Assembly: GCA_963666215.2 (NCBI GenBank)
Contig: CAXWPL010000002.1
Location: 288,001-352,000 of the forward strand
From: Acidobacteriota bacterium
GTDB taxonomy: Bacteria; Acidobacteriota; UBA890; WLXD01
Reading direction: 5' to 3'
Length of the DNA stretch: 64,000 nucleotides
In this document: positions 11,523 through 20,730 of the stretch, piece by piece
How the letters are laid out: each line of letters begins with the position of its first letter
How positions within the stretch are numbered: the stretch's first letter is position 1
Made by a program: the position numbers and the translations under genes
The notes under the pieces: model-generated
What the model was told of the DNA's origin: nothing
Seen by the model: only the letters and a program-made list of their open reading frames with translations
Databases searched by the model: none

Positions 11523-11549
11523 TACGGCTTGCCGCCGCAGTTGGTTTCC
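11523..11549 (-). promoter_or_regulatory. Putative ECF-sigma promoter (GGAAAC-N17-CGTA)
   Basis: Minus strand reads GGAAAC caactgcggcggcaagc CGTA, about 155 bp upstream of the adaptor gene; resembles the SigW-type TGAAAC-N16-CGTA. Confidence 0.45.
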
Positions 11550-11625
11550 GCAGGCCGTGCCAGGCTCGAATTGGACAGTCTCCCACGCTGGGGGCAGACG
11601 ATGCTTGCGTCCTCCCTGCTACCAT

Positions 11626-12510
11626 GTGTCGGTGAGCGATCAACTGCCCTTTTCTGACCTCTTGCGCCGTGTTGTCTTTGCGGTGTGCGGCCTTCTGGTG
11701 GTGTCGCTGGGAGGCTCGTACTGGGCCGCTGGCGGCGAAATTTCGGACCGTCTCGCCGATTTGGCCGACTTTATCGACCCCATGGAATTGGGCGGACCGC
11801 GGCCGGAGCTTGCGAGCGACAGCGCCGGGTCGCCCGGTAGTCGCTGGGCCGATGTCGCTGCCGCGCTCCGCGGCGCGGTGGCGTTTGTCGAGGTCGCCGA
11901 CGGCACGGGCCCGGTAGGGCGCGGGTCGGCCGTCGTGATTCACAGCGATGGGCTGCTGATCACGAACTGGCACGTCGTCGAGGATGCGTTCCGCGTGCGT
12001 GTTGGATTTGGCCCTGAAACCAGTCTCGACGCCACAGTTATTGGCCACGACGCTGGCGTCGATTTGGCGGTGTTGCGCGTCGAGGAGCCGTTCCCCTGGG
12101 CCGTCGCCGCCCTCGGCGACTCCGATGGGCTACGCGTTGGCGAATGGGTGCTCGCGATGGGCGCCCCGTTCGGGCTCACCGAAACGGTATCGGCGGGCAT
12201 CATCAGCGCTCGTAATCGACGCGTATCGCAGCTCTCGCGACGCAGCTCTTTCATCCAGACCGACGCCGCCATCAATCCCGGAAACTCTGGTGGCGCGCTG
12301 GTGAATCTGCGCGGCGAGGTGGTGGGGATCAACACGGCGATCGCCGTGAGTGAGGAAGCAGCGGCGGCCGGCACAGGTACCTACGCCGGTGTGGGGTTCG
12401 CCCTGCCGATGAACACGGTTGTCCGAGTTGCCGCACGCATCATTCGTAGCGCCGGACTCGAGCTCACACCCTCCGACGGCGCGACGATCGCAGCGACCAG
12501 CCGGAGCTGA
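11626..12510 (+). CDS. Trypsin-like (HtrA/S1C) serine protease without PDZ domain
   Basis: TNWHVV (His), DLAVL (Asp), QTDAAINPGNSGG (Ser) and an N-terminal TM; start uncertain. Confidence 0.85.
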   Translation: MSVSDQLPFSDLLRRVVFAVCGLLVVSLGGSYWAAGGEISDRLADLADFIDPMELGGPRPELASDSAGSPGSRWADVAAALRGAVAFVEVADGTGPVGRGSAVVIHSDGLLITNWHVVEDAFRVRVGFGPETSLDATVIGHDAGVDLAVLRVEEPFPWAVAALGDSDGLRVGEWVLAMGAPFGLTETVSAGIISARNRRVSQLSRRSSFIQTDAAINPGNSGGALVNLRGEVVGINTAIAVSEEAAAAGTGTYAGVGFALPMNTVVRVAARIIRSAGLELTPSDGATIAATSRS

Positions 12511-12528
12511 GCTGAAGAGGTGCTAGCG

Positions 12529-13671
12529 ATGACCGGAGCGCGCGCCCGCCTGTTGAGGTTGTTGCTGATCGCTTCGACCTGCGTTTCGGCGCTGCTCATT
12601 GTGGTATTCGGAGTGCCGCAATTACGCGCCTACTTCACGCCTCGACTGCAGCGCGCCTGGGTAGTATCGGCCGAGCTCGGGGACGCGGTGGCCAGCTCGA
12701 TGCCGCGCGAAACGCTGGCCGGTACGCCGGTGACGCTCTACGCGGTGGTCCAGGCGAAGCCTTGGGCTGGCGAGCCGCGATTCTATGGAACCGTGTCTAG
12801 CGTGCAGATTGAGCCGCCGGGGCTGTCGGCGCCATCCGCTCAGCCGGTGTTGCCGTGGCCGAGCTGGGCGTACCAGCCGGAGTATCTGTGGTTCAAAGTC
12901 GAGCCGGAAGTGCCGTTCGACAATCCCGACTTCGACATCGATTTCAGCGTCGCTGATATTCGCTACCGCGACACCTACACCGTGAGCTGGGGATTCGACG
13001 CTGGCCACGCCGCCGATGTTTCTCCCACCGGCGACGCCTACCCCGATTGGGATGTCGGCACGATGCGCTTCATGACGCGTGCCGTAATCCGCAACCGCAG
13101 CGGCGCGATTCTCGACCGTGTTACGTCTCCTGGCGCCGACGCGGTGCACGCCGCGGCGCTCGGCGACCGGCCGCACCTTGTCAGCGTGCGCGGCGGCGAC
13201 GATGTGTTCGGTCGTATGCAGGCATTCGCGGGATTGCCGTACGTCCCCATCCTGCAGAAACTGCCGGCAGCGCAGCACCCAGCGAGCTTGTTCCGTGGCG
13301 GCACGGTGCTCGATTTCTGGATCGCCGCGCTGCGGGCCGGTGGGCAGGACGTCGACTTCACGAGCTGGGAGGAACTGCCTACGGTCGCCGAGACTGTCGT
13401 TGCCGACATGTTCCTGGCGCGCGACGGGAACTACTACTTCGCCAACGATCCTCTGCGCGCCGTGACCTTCGACGTTGTGCGCCCTGGCGACCTCTTGGCA
13501 ATCGAGGACCACGTCGGCGTGCTCTACGAGGACCGTGGGCCGGGAGGCGCGGGGGATGGCATCCTCAACCGTTGGGATCGACTGCTAGGGGCGTACTTCG
13601 AGCCGCTTCGTGACATCGCCCTGGGCGATGCCTTCGAGGCGGACGTCACCGTCTACCGTTTGGGCGATTGA
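12529..13671 (+). CDS. Membrane-anchored hypothetical protein with NlpC/P60-like C-terminus
   Basis: N-terminal TM, coding-like codon bias, PGDLLAIEDHVGVLY motif. Confidence 0.7.
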   Translation: MTGARARLLRLLLIASTCVSALLIVVFGVPQLRAYFTPRLQRAWVVSAELGDAVASSMPRETLAGTPVTLYAVVQAKPWAGEPRFYGTVSSVQIEPPGLSAPSAQPVLPWPSWAYQPEYLWFKVEPEVPFDNPDFDIDFSVADIRYRDTYTVSWGFDAGHAADVSPTGDAYPDWDVGTMRFMTRAVIRNRSGAILDRVTSPGADAVHAAALGDRPHLVSVRGGDDVFGRMQAFAGLPYVPILQKLPAAQHPASLFRGGTVLDFWIAALRAGGQDVDFTSWEELPTVAETVVADMFLARDGNYYFANDPLRAVTFDVVRPGDLLAIEDHVGVLYEDRGPGGAGDGILNRWDRLLGAYFEPLRDIALGDAFEADVTVYRLGD

Positions 13672-13747
13672 ATGAGCAGGGGCTTGTCGAAGCCAACAGG
13701 TGCTTCGAAAGAGCGCTTTGCACAAGCTGAGAGCGGGAGAGGTTCCG

Positions 13748-15494
13748 ATGTCGGAAATTGAGTCGACTGCGGCTGCAGTAGACGTGGCAGATGGACATGC
13801 GCGCCCGATGTTCGACGAGCATCGACCGGCTTCGCCGATTCGCGCGGCGCGTGGCACCGCGCGCAGCTGCAGCACGTGGGACGCCGCGGCCGCGTTGCGC
13901 ATGCTCAGCAACAATCTCGATCCTGAGGTTGCCGTCGACTGGGAGAACCTTGTCGTCTATGGCGGCAGTGGCCGCGCGGCGCGTAACTGGAAGGCGTATC
14001 GCCAGATCGTTGCTGCTCTGCAAGGCCTGCGCGAGGACGAGACGCTCTGCGTGCAGTCCGGCAAGCCGGTCTACGTCGCGCGCACCTGGCCCGAGGCACC
14101 CCGCCGTGCTCATCGCCAACTCCAACTTGGTTCCGCGCTGGGCAACCGAACAGCATTTCGAGGATCTCGATCGACGCGGCCTGATGATGTACGGGCAGAT
14201 GACGGCCGGATCGTGGATCTACATCGGCACGCAGGGAATCTTGCAAGGCACCTACGAGACGTTCGCCGCGCTGGCGAAACAAGAGTTCGGTGCCGACAGC
14301 CTCGCCGGCAGGTTTGTTCTCACAGCCGGTCTCGGGGGCATGAGCGGAGCCCAACCCCTTGCTGCGGCAACGATGAACGAGGCCGCCGCGCTCATCGTCG
14401 AGGTGCGGGCCGAGCGCATCGACCGGAAGGTTCAAGAGGGATACTGCGACCGACGCGCGCGCGACCTGGACGAGGCGCTCGGCTGGATCGAAGAGGCGCA
14501 GCGCGCCGGCACAGGCCTCTCGGTCGGCCTCGCCGGTAACGCCGCCGACGTGTACTCGGAGCTCGCGGACCGCGGTGTCGTTCCCGACGTGGTCACCGAC
14601 CAGACACCGGCTCACAATCAGCTCGACTACGTGCCTCAGGGCAATCTCGACGAGGTCGAGGAGCTGCGCTCGGCCGATCCGCAGGAGTATCGGCGCCGCT
14701 CGGTGGCATCGATGGTGGCTCACTGCGACGCCATTCAGCGACTGCAGACGGCCGGAGCGATCTGTTTCGACTACGGCAACAACCTGCGAGGCCAGGCGGA
14801 GCTGGGCGGACTCGAAGTCCGCGATGACGAGGGCAACTTCAAGTACCCGGGCTTCGTGCCGGCGTATGTGCGGCCGCTCTTCTGCGAGGGCAAGGGGCCG
14901 TTCCGCTGGGCCTGTTTGTCGGGCGACGAGTCCGACCTGGCGGTCCTCGACGACGCGCTGCTCCGCGTGTTTCCCGACGACGTGGTGCTGCACCGCTGGG
15001 TGAACATGGCGCGCGAGCGTGTGCCGCAACTCGGGCTGCCCTCGCGGATCTGCTGGCTCGGCTACGGCGATCGCGCCAAGTTCGGCCTCGAGATCAATCG
15101 ACTGATCGCCGACGGCAAGGTGTCGGCGCCCGTAGTCATTGGGCGCGACCATCTCGACTGCGGCTCGGTGGCGTCGCCGAATCGCGAAACCGAGGCGATG
15201 CTCGATGGCTCCGACGCGGTCGCCGACTGGCCGCTGCTCAACTTCGCGCTCAACGCGGTCTCCGGTGCCTCGTGGGTGTCGTTCCACCATGGAGGCGGCG
15301 TTGGAATCGGCAACGCCTTGCACGCGGGCATGGTGATTGTGGCCGACGGCACCGAGGCGCGCGCGGCACGCCTCGAACGCGTTCTCACTGTTGATCCCGG
15401 CATCGGCGTTGTGCGCCACGCCGATGCCGGCTATCCGATCGCCATCGACCAGGCGCGCGCTGGCGGCGTCCCCATGCCTTCGCTCGAGGACTGA
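13748..15494 (+). CDS. hutU: Urocanate hydratase, with a +1 frameshift near 14099-14105
   Basis: [22 protein letters not shown] and VQSGKPV lie in one frame; [27 protein letters not shown] and GRDHLD lie in the next. Confidence 0.93.
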
Positions 15495-15508
15495 TCAAGG
15501 TCGCGCTG

Positions 15509-16837
15509 ATGGCGGAGCGCGTGCAAGGGAAGGGCGTCAAGCCCGCGGCGGAGATCGTCATCACGGGCATCCGGCAGTGCCTCACGATGCGTGTGCCCGG
15601 CGGCGGGCCCGGCGCGGGTGGTCCCCTGGCTCGCGACAACCAGGAGAACCCCGAGATCATTCGCGACGCCGCCGTTGCGGTAGTGGGGGAGCGCCTCGCC
15701 TACGTTGGCCCGGCGAGCGGACTGCCCTCCGCTGTGCGCACCGGGCCGGAGGCGCTCCACATCGACGCTGCTGGCGGCGTTGTGTTGCCCGGGTTTGTCG
15801 ACCCTCACACCCATCTGCTGTTCGGCGGCTGGCGGCCGGCCGAGTTCGAACAGCGTCTCGCGGGAGACAGCTACCAGGACATCCTCGCCGCCGGCGGCGG
15901 CATACTGAGTACCGTGGCCGCGACCCGTGAGACGTCCGAAGAGGAGCTCGTCGAGATCGGTCGCCGTCGTCTGCAACGCATGCTTGTCGGCGGCACGACC
16001 ACCGTCGAAGCCAAGAGCGGCTACGGGCTCAGCCTGGTCGACGAGGCCAAGCTGCTGCGCACCGTGCGGCGCCTTGCCGCCACGGAGGCGGTTGACATCG
16101 TCGCCACTCTGTTGCCGGCTCACGCGGTGCCCGCCGAGCATCGTGGAGATCGCAGGGCGTATTTGAGGGTCGTCGAAGAGATGATCGCCACGTTGGCCGA
16201 CCGCGCGGAGTTCGTCGACGCCTTCTGCGAGGAGGGCGCCTTCTCTGTGGACGAGTGCCGTCGCATCCTCGAGCTCGGAGCTCAGTACGGCCTGCGAGGC
16301 AAGCTCCATGCCGACCAGCTCGGCAATTCCGAGGGCGCCGAGCTTGCCGCAGCGATGGGCGCGATCTCGGCCGACCACCTCGACTACGTCTCCACCGGAG
16401 GAATTGCCGCGCTGGCGAGAGCCGGCGTTGTTGCGGTGCTGCTGCCCTCGGTGCCGTTGTACGTGGGCTCGCGGCGTCAGGCGCCTGCCAACAAGCTGAT
16501 CGCCACGGGCGTTCCCGTTGCCCTGGCTACCGACTTCAACCCCGGCACGAGCCCGGTGGAGTCGATGGGGCGGATCGTCGCGTTGGGATGCATGTTGATG
16601 CGCATGACGCCTGCGGCGGCGCTTGTAGCGGCCACGCGCAACGCGGCGTATGCGATCGGTCGCGGCGATCTGGTTGGAACGCTCGAGGAGGGCAAGCTCG
16701 CCGACTTGCAGCTCTACGACGTTGACGACTATCGGATGCTACCGTATCGCTTTGGAGAGATCGCCCCGTCGCTCGTCATCAAGCGCGGGCGGGCGGTTGC
16801 CGGTACGCGAGAACCTTTGGCCACCGACCCGGACTGA
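15509..16837 (+). CDS. hutI: Imidazolonepropionase
   Basis: PGFVDPHTH, GTTTVEAKSGYGL, KLHADQL, ADHL, ALATDFNPG; adjacent to hutU. Confidence 0.93.
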   Translation: MAERVQGKGVKPAAEIVITGIRQCLTMRVPGGGPGAGGPLARDNQENPEIIRDAAVAVVGERLAYVGPASGLPSAVRTGPEALHIDAAGGVVLPGFVDPHTHLLFGGWRPAEFEQRLAGDSYQDILAAGGGILSTVAATRETSEEELVEIGRRRLQRMLVGGTTTVEAKSGYGLSLVDEAKLLRTVRRLAATEAVDIVATLLPAHAVPAEHRGDRRAYLRVVEEMIATLADRAEFVDAFCEEGAFSVDECRRILELGAQYGLRGKLHADQLGNSEGAELAAAMGAISADHLDYVSTGGIAALARAGVVAVLLPSVPLYVGSRRQAPANKLIATGVPVALATDFNPGTSPVESMGRIVALGCMLMRMTPAAALVAATRNAAYAIGRGDLVGTLEEGKLADLQLYDVDDYRMLPYRFGEIAPSLVIKRGRAVAGTREPLATDPD

Positions 16838-16842
16838 CGAGG

Positions 16843-17037
16843 GGGAGGACGGCGAGCGGGCGAGCTGGGATGCGTCTAGGGCGGCCCAACCAGCACTGAA
16901 GGGCGACTCGGCGTCGTCGAGCGCCTGTACCCCAGGCTTTGGTCGCAGTGCGCCGCTGTCGGGGTCTCGCCGGTCGCGCGGCCGCGGAGGGAAGCGCGCC
17001 TACGACGCATCCCAGCCCGTCCGCTCGCCGCCCTCCC
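16843..17037. repeat. ~195-bp element with ~40-bp imperfect terminal inverted repeats
   Basis: 16843-16880 (gggaggacggcgagcgggcgagctgggatgcgtctagg) pairs with 16999-17037 (cctacgacgcatcccagcccgtccgctcgccgccctccc). Confidence 0.75.
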
Positions 17038-17095
17038 AAGCTGCTCAACACGCCGACCCAATACAGCTCCGCAACACGCGATTCCCGTCCCCGAC

Positions 17096-17618
17096 CTAGC
17101 GGTCGGCGAGGCCCTCTGCTCCTGGGATCTGGTAGAGCATCAGGTAGACGAGGACGCCGGTGACCGAGACGTAGAGCCAGATGGGTAGGGTCCAGCGGGC
17201 GATGGCACGGTGTGACCGAGACGTAGAGCCAGATGGGTAGGGTCCAGCGGGCGATGGCACGGTGGCGGTCGAAGCGCTCGCGCAGGGCGCGCCAAAGAGT
17301 AATGGGGACGAGCACCGGAAGGGTCATGGCCAGAGCGGTGTGTGTGAGCAAGATGGCGAAGTAGACCATTCGCACGAGCGTGCCTTCGTGGCCGAAGCGT
17401 GTCGCGCCCACGTAGAAGTGCAGCGTCAAGTAGCTGACGAGAAAGATCGCCGCGCAGGTCAGGGCGCCGAGCATGCAGCGGCGATGGGGATCGCGTTGAC
17501 CGGCGCGGATGAAGCGGTAGCCGAAGAGCAGAAAGGCGAACTGCGTGGCGTTGAGGGTGGCGTTCAGCGCCGGCAGCAGGGCAATCCAGCTCGGAATCGA
17601 GGCGGAGGCTTCGGGCAT
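17096..17618 (-). CDS. DUF420/YozB-family membrane protein, frame broken by a 52-bp tandem duplication
   Basis: [39 protein letters not shown]; removing one repeat copy restores [12 protein letters not shown] and the stop at 17096. Confidence 0.85.
17161..17264. repeat. Perfect 52-bp tandem duplication
   Basis: tgaccgagacgtagagccagatgggtagggtccagcgggcgatggcacggtg at 17161-17212 and 17213-17264. Confidence 0.95.
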
Positions 17619-17675
17619 GGGGTTCCTCGGCTGGCGGAAGACCAGGCTATGTCTGGGAAACGGGGCTCTTTCTAG

Positions 17676-18587
17676 CTACCCGACGCGGTCGATGACCATC
17701 AGGAGGAGGAGAACAGACAAGTAGACCAGTGAGGCACGGAAGGCGCGTCGGTGGGCGGCGAGCGTGCCGCGGCCGGCCGCCGCCGCGCTGGCGGTCAGAA
17801 ACATCAGACCCAACAGCAGGCTCCCCGCGAAGTACATCCGCCCGGTGATGCTCAGCAGCGTCGGCAGAGTGCCCAGCGGTAGAAGGAGCAGGCACCAGAC
17901 GACGCTCTGCCAGGCGTCGCCGCCAGCGTTGGCCGTGCCGAGGACCGAGAGGCCGGCGCGCTGATAATCGTCACGGTTGAGGCGCGAGATCGCCAAGAAG
18001 TGCGGTAGCTGCCAGACGAAGAGAATTGCGAAGAGCGCCCAGCCGGCCCGATCAATGCTGCCGCGCGCCGCGGCCCAGCCAATGAGCATGGGCAACGCAC
18101 CAGGCACAGCGCCGACGATCGTGCAGATCCAGCTGATTCGTTTGAGCGGTGTGTAGGCAAAGAGATAGAGCGCGAACCCACTCAGCCCGAGCGCGGCGGT
18201 GAGCAGGTTGTTGCCCGTCGCGAGCACAAACGTTCCGATGGCGAGAATAGAGATCCCGAAGAGCGAAGCCTGTGTGGGTGAAAGGCGCCCGGCGGGGATC
18301 GGTCGCGAGCGCGTACGTTTCATGAGCTTGTCGGTGTGGCGCTCGAACACCTGGTTGAGCGCGTTGGCTCCGCCCACCACCAGCGCAGTGCCCAGCAGCA
18401 GGGCGCCCAGGGCGCCGAGGTCAATCGGTCTGGGGCTGGCGAGCCAGAAAGCGACGAGCGCAGTGAGCAGCACGAGCGTTGTCAGGCGCGTCTTCACCAA
18501 GCCCAGGTAGTTGGACACCGCCCCATGAAGGGGCTCCGCGTTCGTGACGGTCGCTGCGATCTCACCGCCGGTCTCGGCCGTTGCCAC
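17676..18587 (-). CDS. ctaB: Protoheme IX farnesyltransferase (heme O synthase)
   Basis: NALNQVFERHTDKLMKRTRSRPIPAG, YTPLKR, VGAVPGALP, WQLPHF; start estimated at GTG 18587. Confidence 0.92.
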   Translation of the reverse strand: MATAETGGEIAATVTNAEPLHGAVSNYLGLVKTRLTTLVLLTALVAFWLASPRPIDLGALGALLLGTALVVGGANALNQVFERHTDKLMKRTRSRPIPAGRLSPTQASLFGISILAIGTFVLATGNNLLTAALGLSGFALYLFAYTPLKRISWICTIVGAVPGALPMLIGWAAARGSIDRAGWALFAILFVWQLPHFLAISRLNRDDYQRAGLSVLGTANAGGDAWQSVVWCLLLLPLGTLPTLLSITGRMYFAGSLLLGLMFLTASAAAAGRGTLAAHRRAFRASLVYLSVLLLLMVIDRVG

Positions 18588-18610
18588 GTGCCGATCGGTC
18601 CCGGGTTCGC

Positions 18611-19606
18611 TCAAACCGCGGGCTCGGGATGCGCGTCGACAGTTCCATCGGCGCCGACAGGTTCTCCCACAGGACGGCCGTCCCGCCGCCCCAATCGACG
18701 ATAGGCCCGCAGCGTAAGCACGACGAGGCTGGCAAGAAGCAGCGCGCCGCCGCCGACATGCGCCGTCGTCAAACTGACCGAGAGTTGCGACAACACCGTC
18801 AGCGCGCCGAGTAGGACCTGCAGTAGCACCAACACTAGGGCCGCAAGCGCTGGGCGACGCAGCTCGGATGCCTCGGGATGTTGTTTCCAGGCTCGATCCA
18901 CGAGCGCAACGACGAGCGCCAGAACAACGAGCGCGCCGCCGCGATGGGCAAGGTGCAGTCCCATTTGAAGCGAGTCGATGTCGGGGAGTAGTGCGCCGCG
19001 GCACAGAGGAAAGTCGGGGCAGGCGAGGCCGGCGTCGAGGTGGCGCATTGCGGCACCGAGCAGAATCTGCGCGTAGGCCGCGGCAGTGACGAGTGCCGCA
19101 AAGCGGGGCAGGGGCGAGGGCGCGCTGTTGCTATCGAGAGCAGTCGTGGCCCAGCCGCGGGAGGTGACGACGGCGATTGTGGTGACCATTGCGAAGAATC
19201 CCATCGCCACCCCGAGGTGGCCGATCGAGACCGCCGGCGGCAGCATCCACAGCACGGTGATACCACCGAGCACCGCCTGCACAACAATTCCGACTGTCGA
19301 CAGTATCCCGAGCCGGCGTACCCAGGCGCGGCTCTCGGCGCGCACCAGCCAGAAGGCCAGCAGAAAGGTCATGATGCCGACGGCGCCGGCGATCATGCGG
19401 TGGCCGTGCTCGTAGAAGATGCCGCCGATCATCGGCGGGAAGAGCATGCCGTACGACAGCGGCCAGTCGGGGACCGCCAGGCCGGAGTCGGTGCTGGTGA
19501 CGAGGCCGCCGGCAACAATCAGAAGGAAGGTCGCACCTGCCGTAAGGACGGCGTAGCGGTGCAGCCAGAGCCCGTGGCGAGCGGCGTCGACCGGTTCTGT
19601 TGCCAT
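18611..19606 (-). CDS. ctaA: Heme A synthase (COX15/CtaA)
   Basis: GLAVPDWP, EHGHR and GLACPDFPLC motifs; multi-TM protein. Confidence 0.9.
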   Translation of the reverse strand: MATEPVDAARHGLWLHRYAVLTAGATFLLIVAGGLVTSTDSGLAVPDWPLSYGMLFPPMIGGIFYEHGHRMIAGAVGIMTFLLAFWLVRAESRAWVRRLGILSTVGIVVQAVLGGITVLWMLPPAVSIGHLGVAMGFFAMVTTIAVVTSRGWATTALDSNSAPSPLPRFAALVTAAAYAQILLGAAMRHLDAGLACPDFPLCRGALLPDIDSLQMGLHLAHRGGALVVLALVVALVDRAWKQHPEASELRRPALAALVLVLLQVLLGALTVLSQLSVSLTTAHVGGGALLLASLVVLTLRAYRRLGRRDGRPVGEPVGADGTVDAHPEPAV

Positions 19607-19628
19607 GCTCGCTGCGGCGGGAGGCCGT

Positions 19629-19664
19629 GGCCGTCGGCCGACTCCCGAGGGAGCGCCGACGGCC
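19629..19664. terminator. Strong GC hairpin (terminator or mRNA-stability element)
   Basis: ggccgtcggc...gccgacggcc with inner ctccc/gggag; no U-tract. Confidence 0.35.
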
Positions 19665-19693
19665 GGGATCCTCGCCGACTTCGTAGGCTCGCG

Positions 19694-20497
19694 CTAGCTG
19701 CCGAAGCTGATCGAGATGTCCACGGCGGCGTTCTCGCCCACCGTCACCTGCTGGCTTTGGGTGCCAAGCGTCTCGTGCCAGGCCTCAACCGTGTAGTCGC
19801 CCGGAGGAAGCTGGCCCAGATCGAAGGACCCGCCGGCATCGCTGATGGCGAAGTACGGGTGATCGAAAACGCTGATGAACGCGCCCATCCAGGCGTGCAC
19901 GTCGCAGCGCGCTGAAATGCCGACCTCGGCCGTATCGAACGTCTTCTCGAGTTGGGTGTTGACCATCGGCTGCGCCTGGTTGAAGCCAGGGTTAGCGTTC
20001 GGCTGCACGTTGACGTTGTGAAGGGTGTTGTCGCTGTTGCGCACAACGAGCGGCTGACCCGTACGCAGCGCGATCGCGTGCGGCATGTACATGCAGCCGT
20101 TCTGATCGAGCGTCGCGGGCTCGGAGGGAACGTCGCCGAAGGTGTAGTCCTCGAGCCCACCGCTGACATGCACCACGACGTTCAGCAGCGCGCCACCTTC
20201 ACCCACCATCACGGGATTGACCATGACGGCATCGGTGTGGGCGGTCAGGCAGAAGGGATCGGCCGACATCTGCACGGTCTGGTCGGCGGGGGCATCGCCC
20301 GAGAACATCACGCGACCGGTCAAGGTGCCGGCGTTGCTCAGGTCGGGGGTGTTGCCCATGGGTGCCGAAGTAGCGGCGGGCGTCGACGCGGGTGCCGGAG
20401 CTTCTTCGCCGCCGCCGCAGGCTGCTGCGAAGGTGAGCGTCAGGAGCGTAGCCACCGCAATGAGTCTGATGGAGCTGCGGGAAGTGATCGGGTGCAT
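19694..20497 (-). CDS. Lipoprotein with cupredoxin-like domain and carboxypeptidase-regulatory-like beta-sandwich
   Basis: Lipobox FAAAC, motifs LHNV and CDVHAWM; GGAGG RBS before ATG 20497. Confidence 0.8.
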   Translation of the reverse strand: MHPITSRSSIRLIAVATLLTLTFAAACGGGEEAPAPASTPAATSAPMGNTPDLSNAGTLTGRVMFSGDAPADQTVQMSADPFCLTAHTDAVMVNPVMVGEGGALLNVVVHVSGGLEDYTFGDVPSEPATLDQNGCMYMPHAIALRTGQPLVVRNSDNTLHNVNVQPNANPGFNQAQPMVNTQLEKTFDTAEVGISARCDVHAWMGAFISVFDHPYFAISDAGGSFDLGQLPPGDYTVEAWHETLGTQSQQVTVGENAAVDISISFGS

Positions 20498-20730
20498 CGG
20501 AGAGTCCTCCATGGAACGAACGGCTCGCAGGGCCGAGGGCCTAGGGCCGTGTTGATCGATCGAGCTCCCGACGCGCAAGGAAGAGGTACTTCGCTCAGCG
20601 CAGCCGAGATTGTGAAACGAGAGTCGTAGTGCGTAATTCCTGCGTCGTTGCGCCCGCTACGTGGCGCGTACTGAGGATGATCCTACGACGGCCGGCGGCT
20701 GATCGCTTGCCCTTCCAGGCGATCGCTGGA

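Noticed and set aside
13682-13727. Inverted repeats upstream of hutU as a possible HutC operator
   Set aside because: Does not match the TGTA-N2-TACA core and no hutC is nearby.
16779-17160. Extended C-terminus of the 279-aa DUF420 ORF overlapping hutI
   Set aside because: Produced by the 52-bp duplication frameshift.
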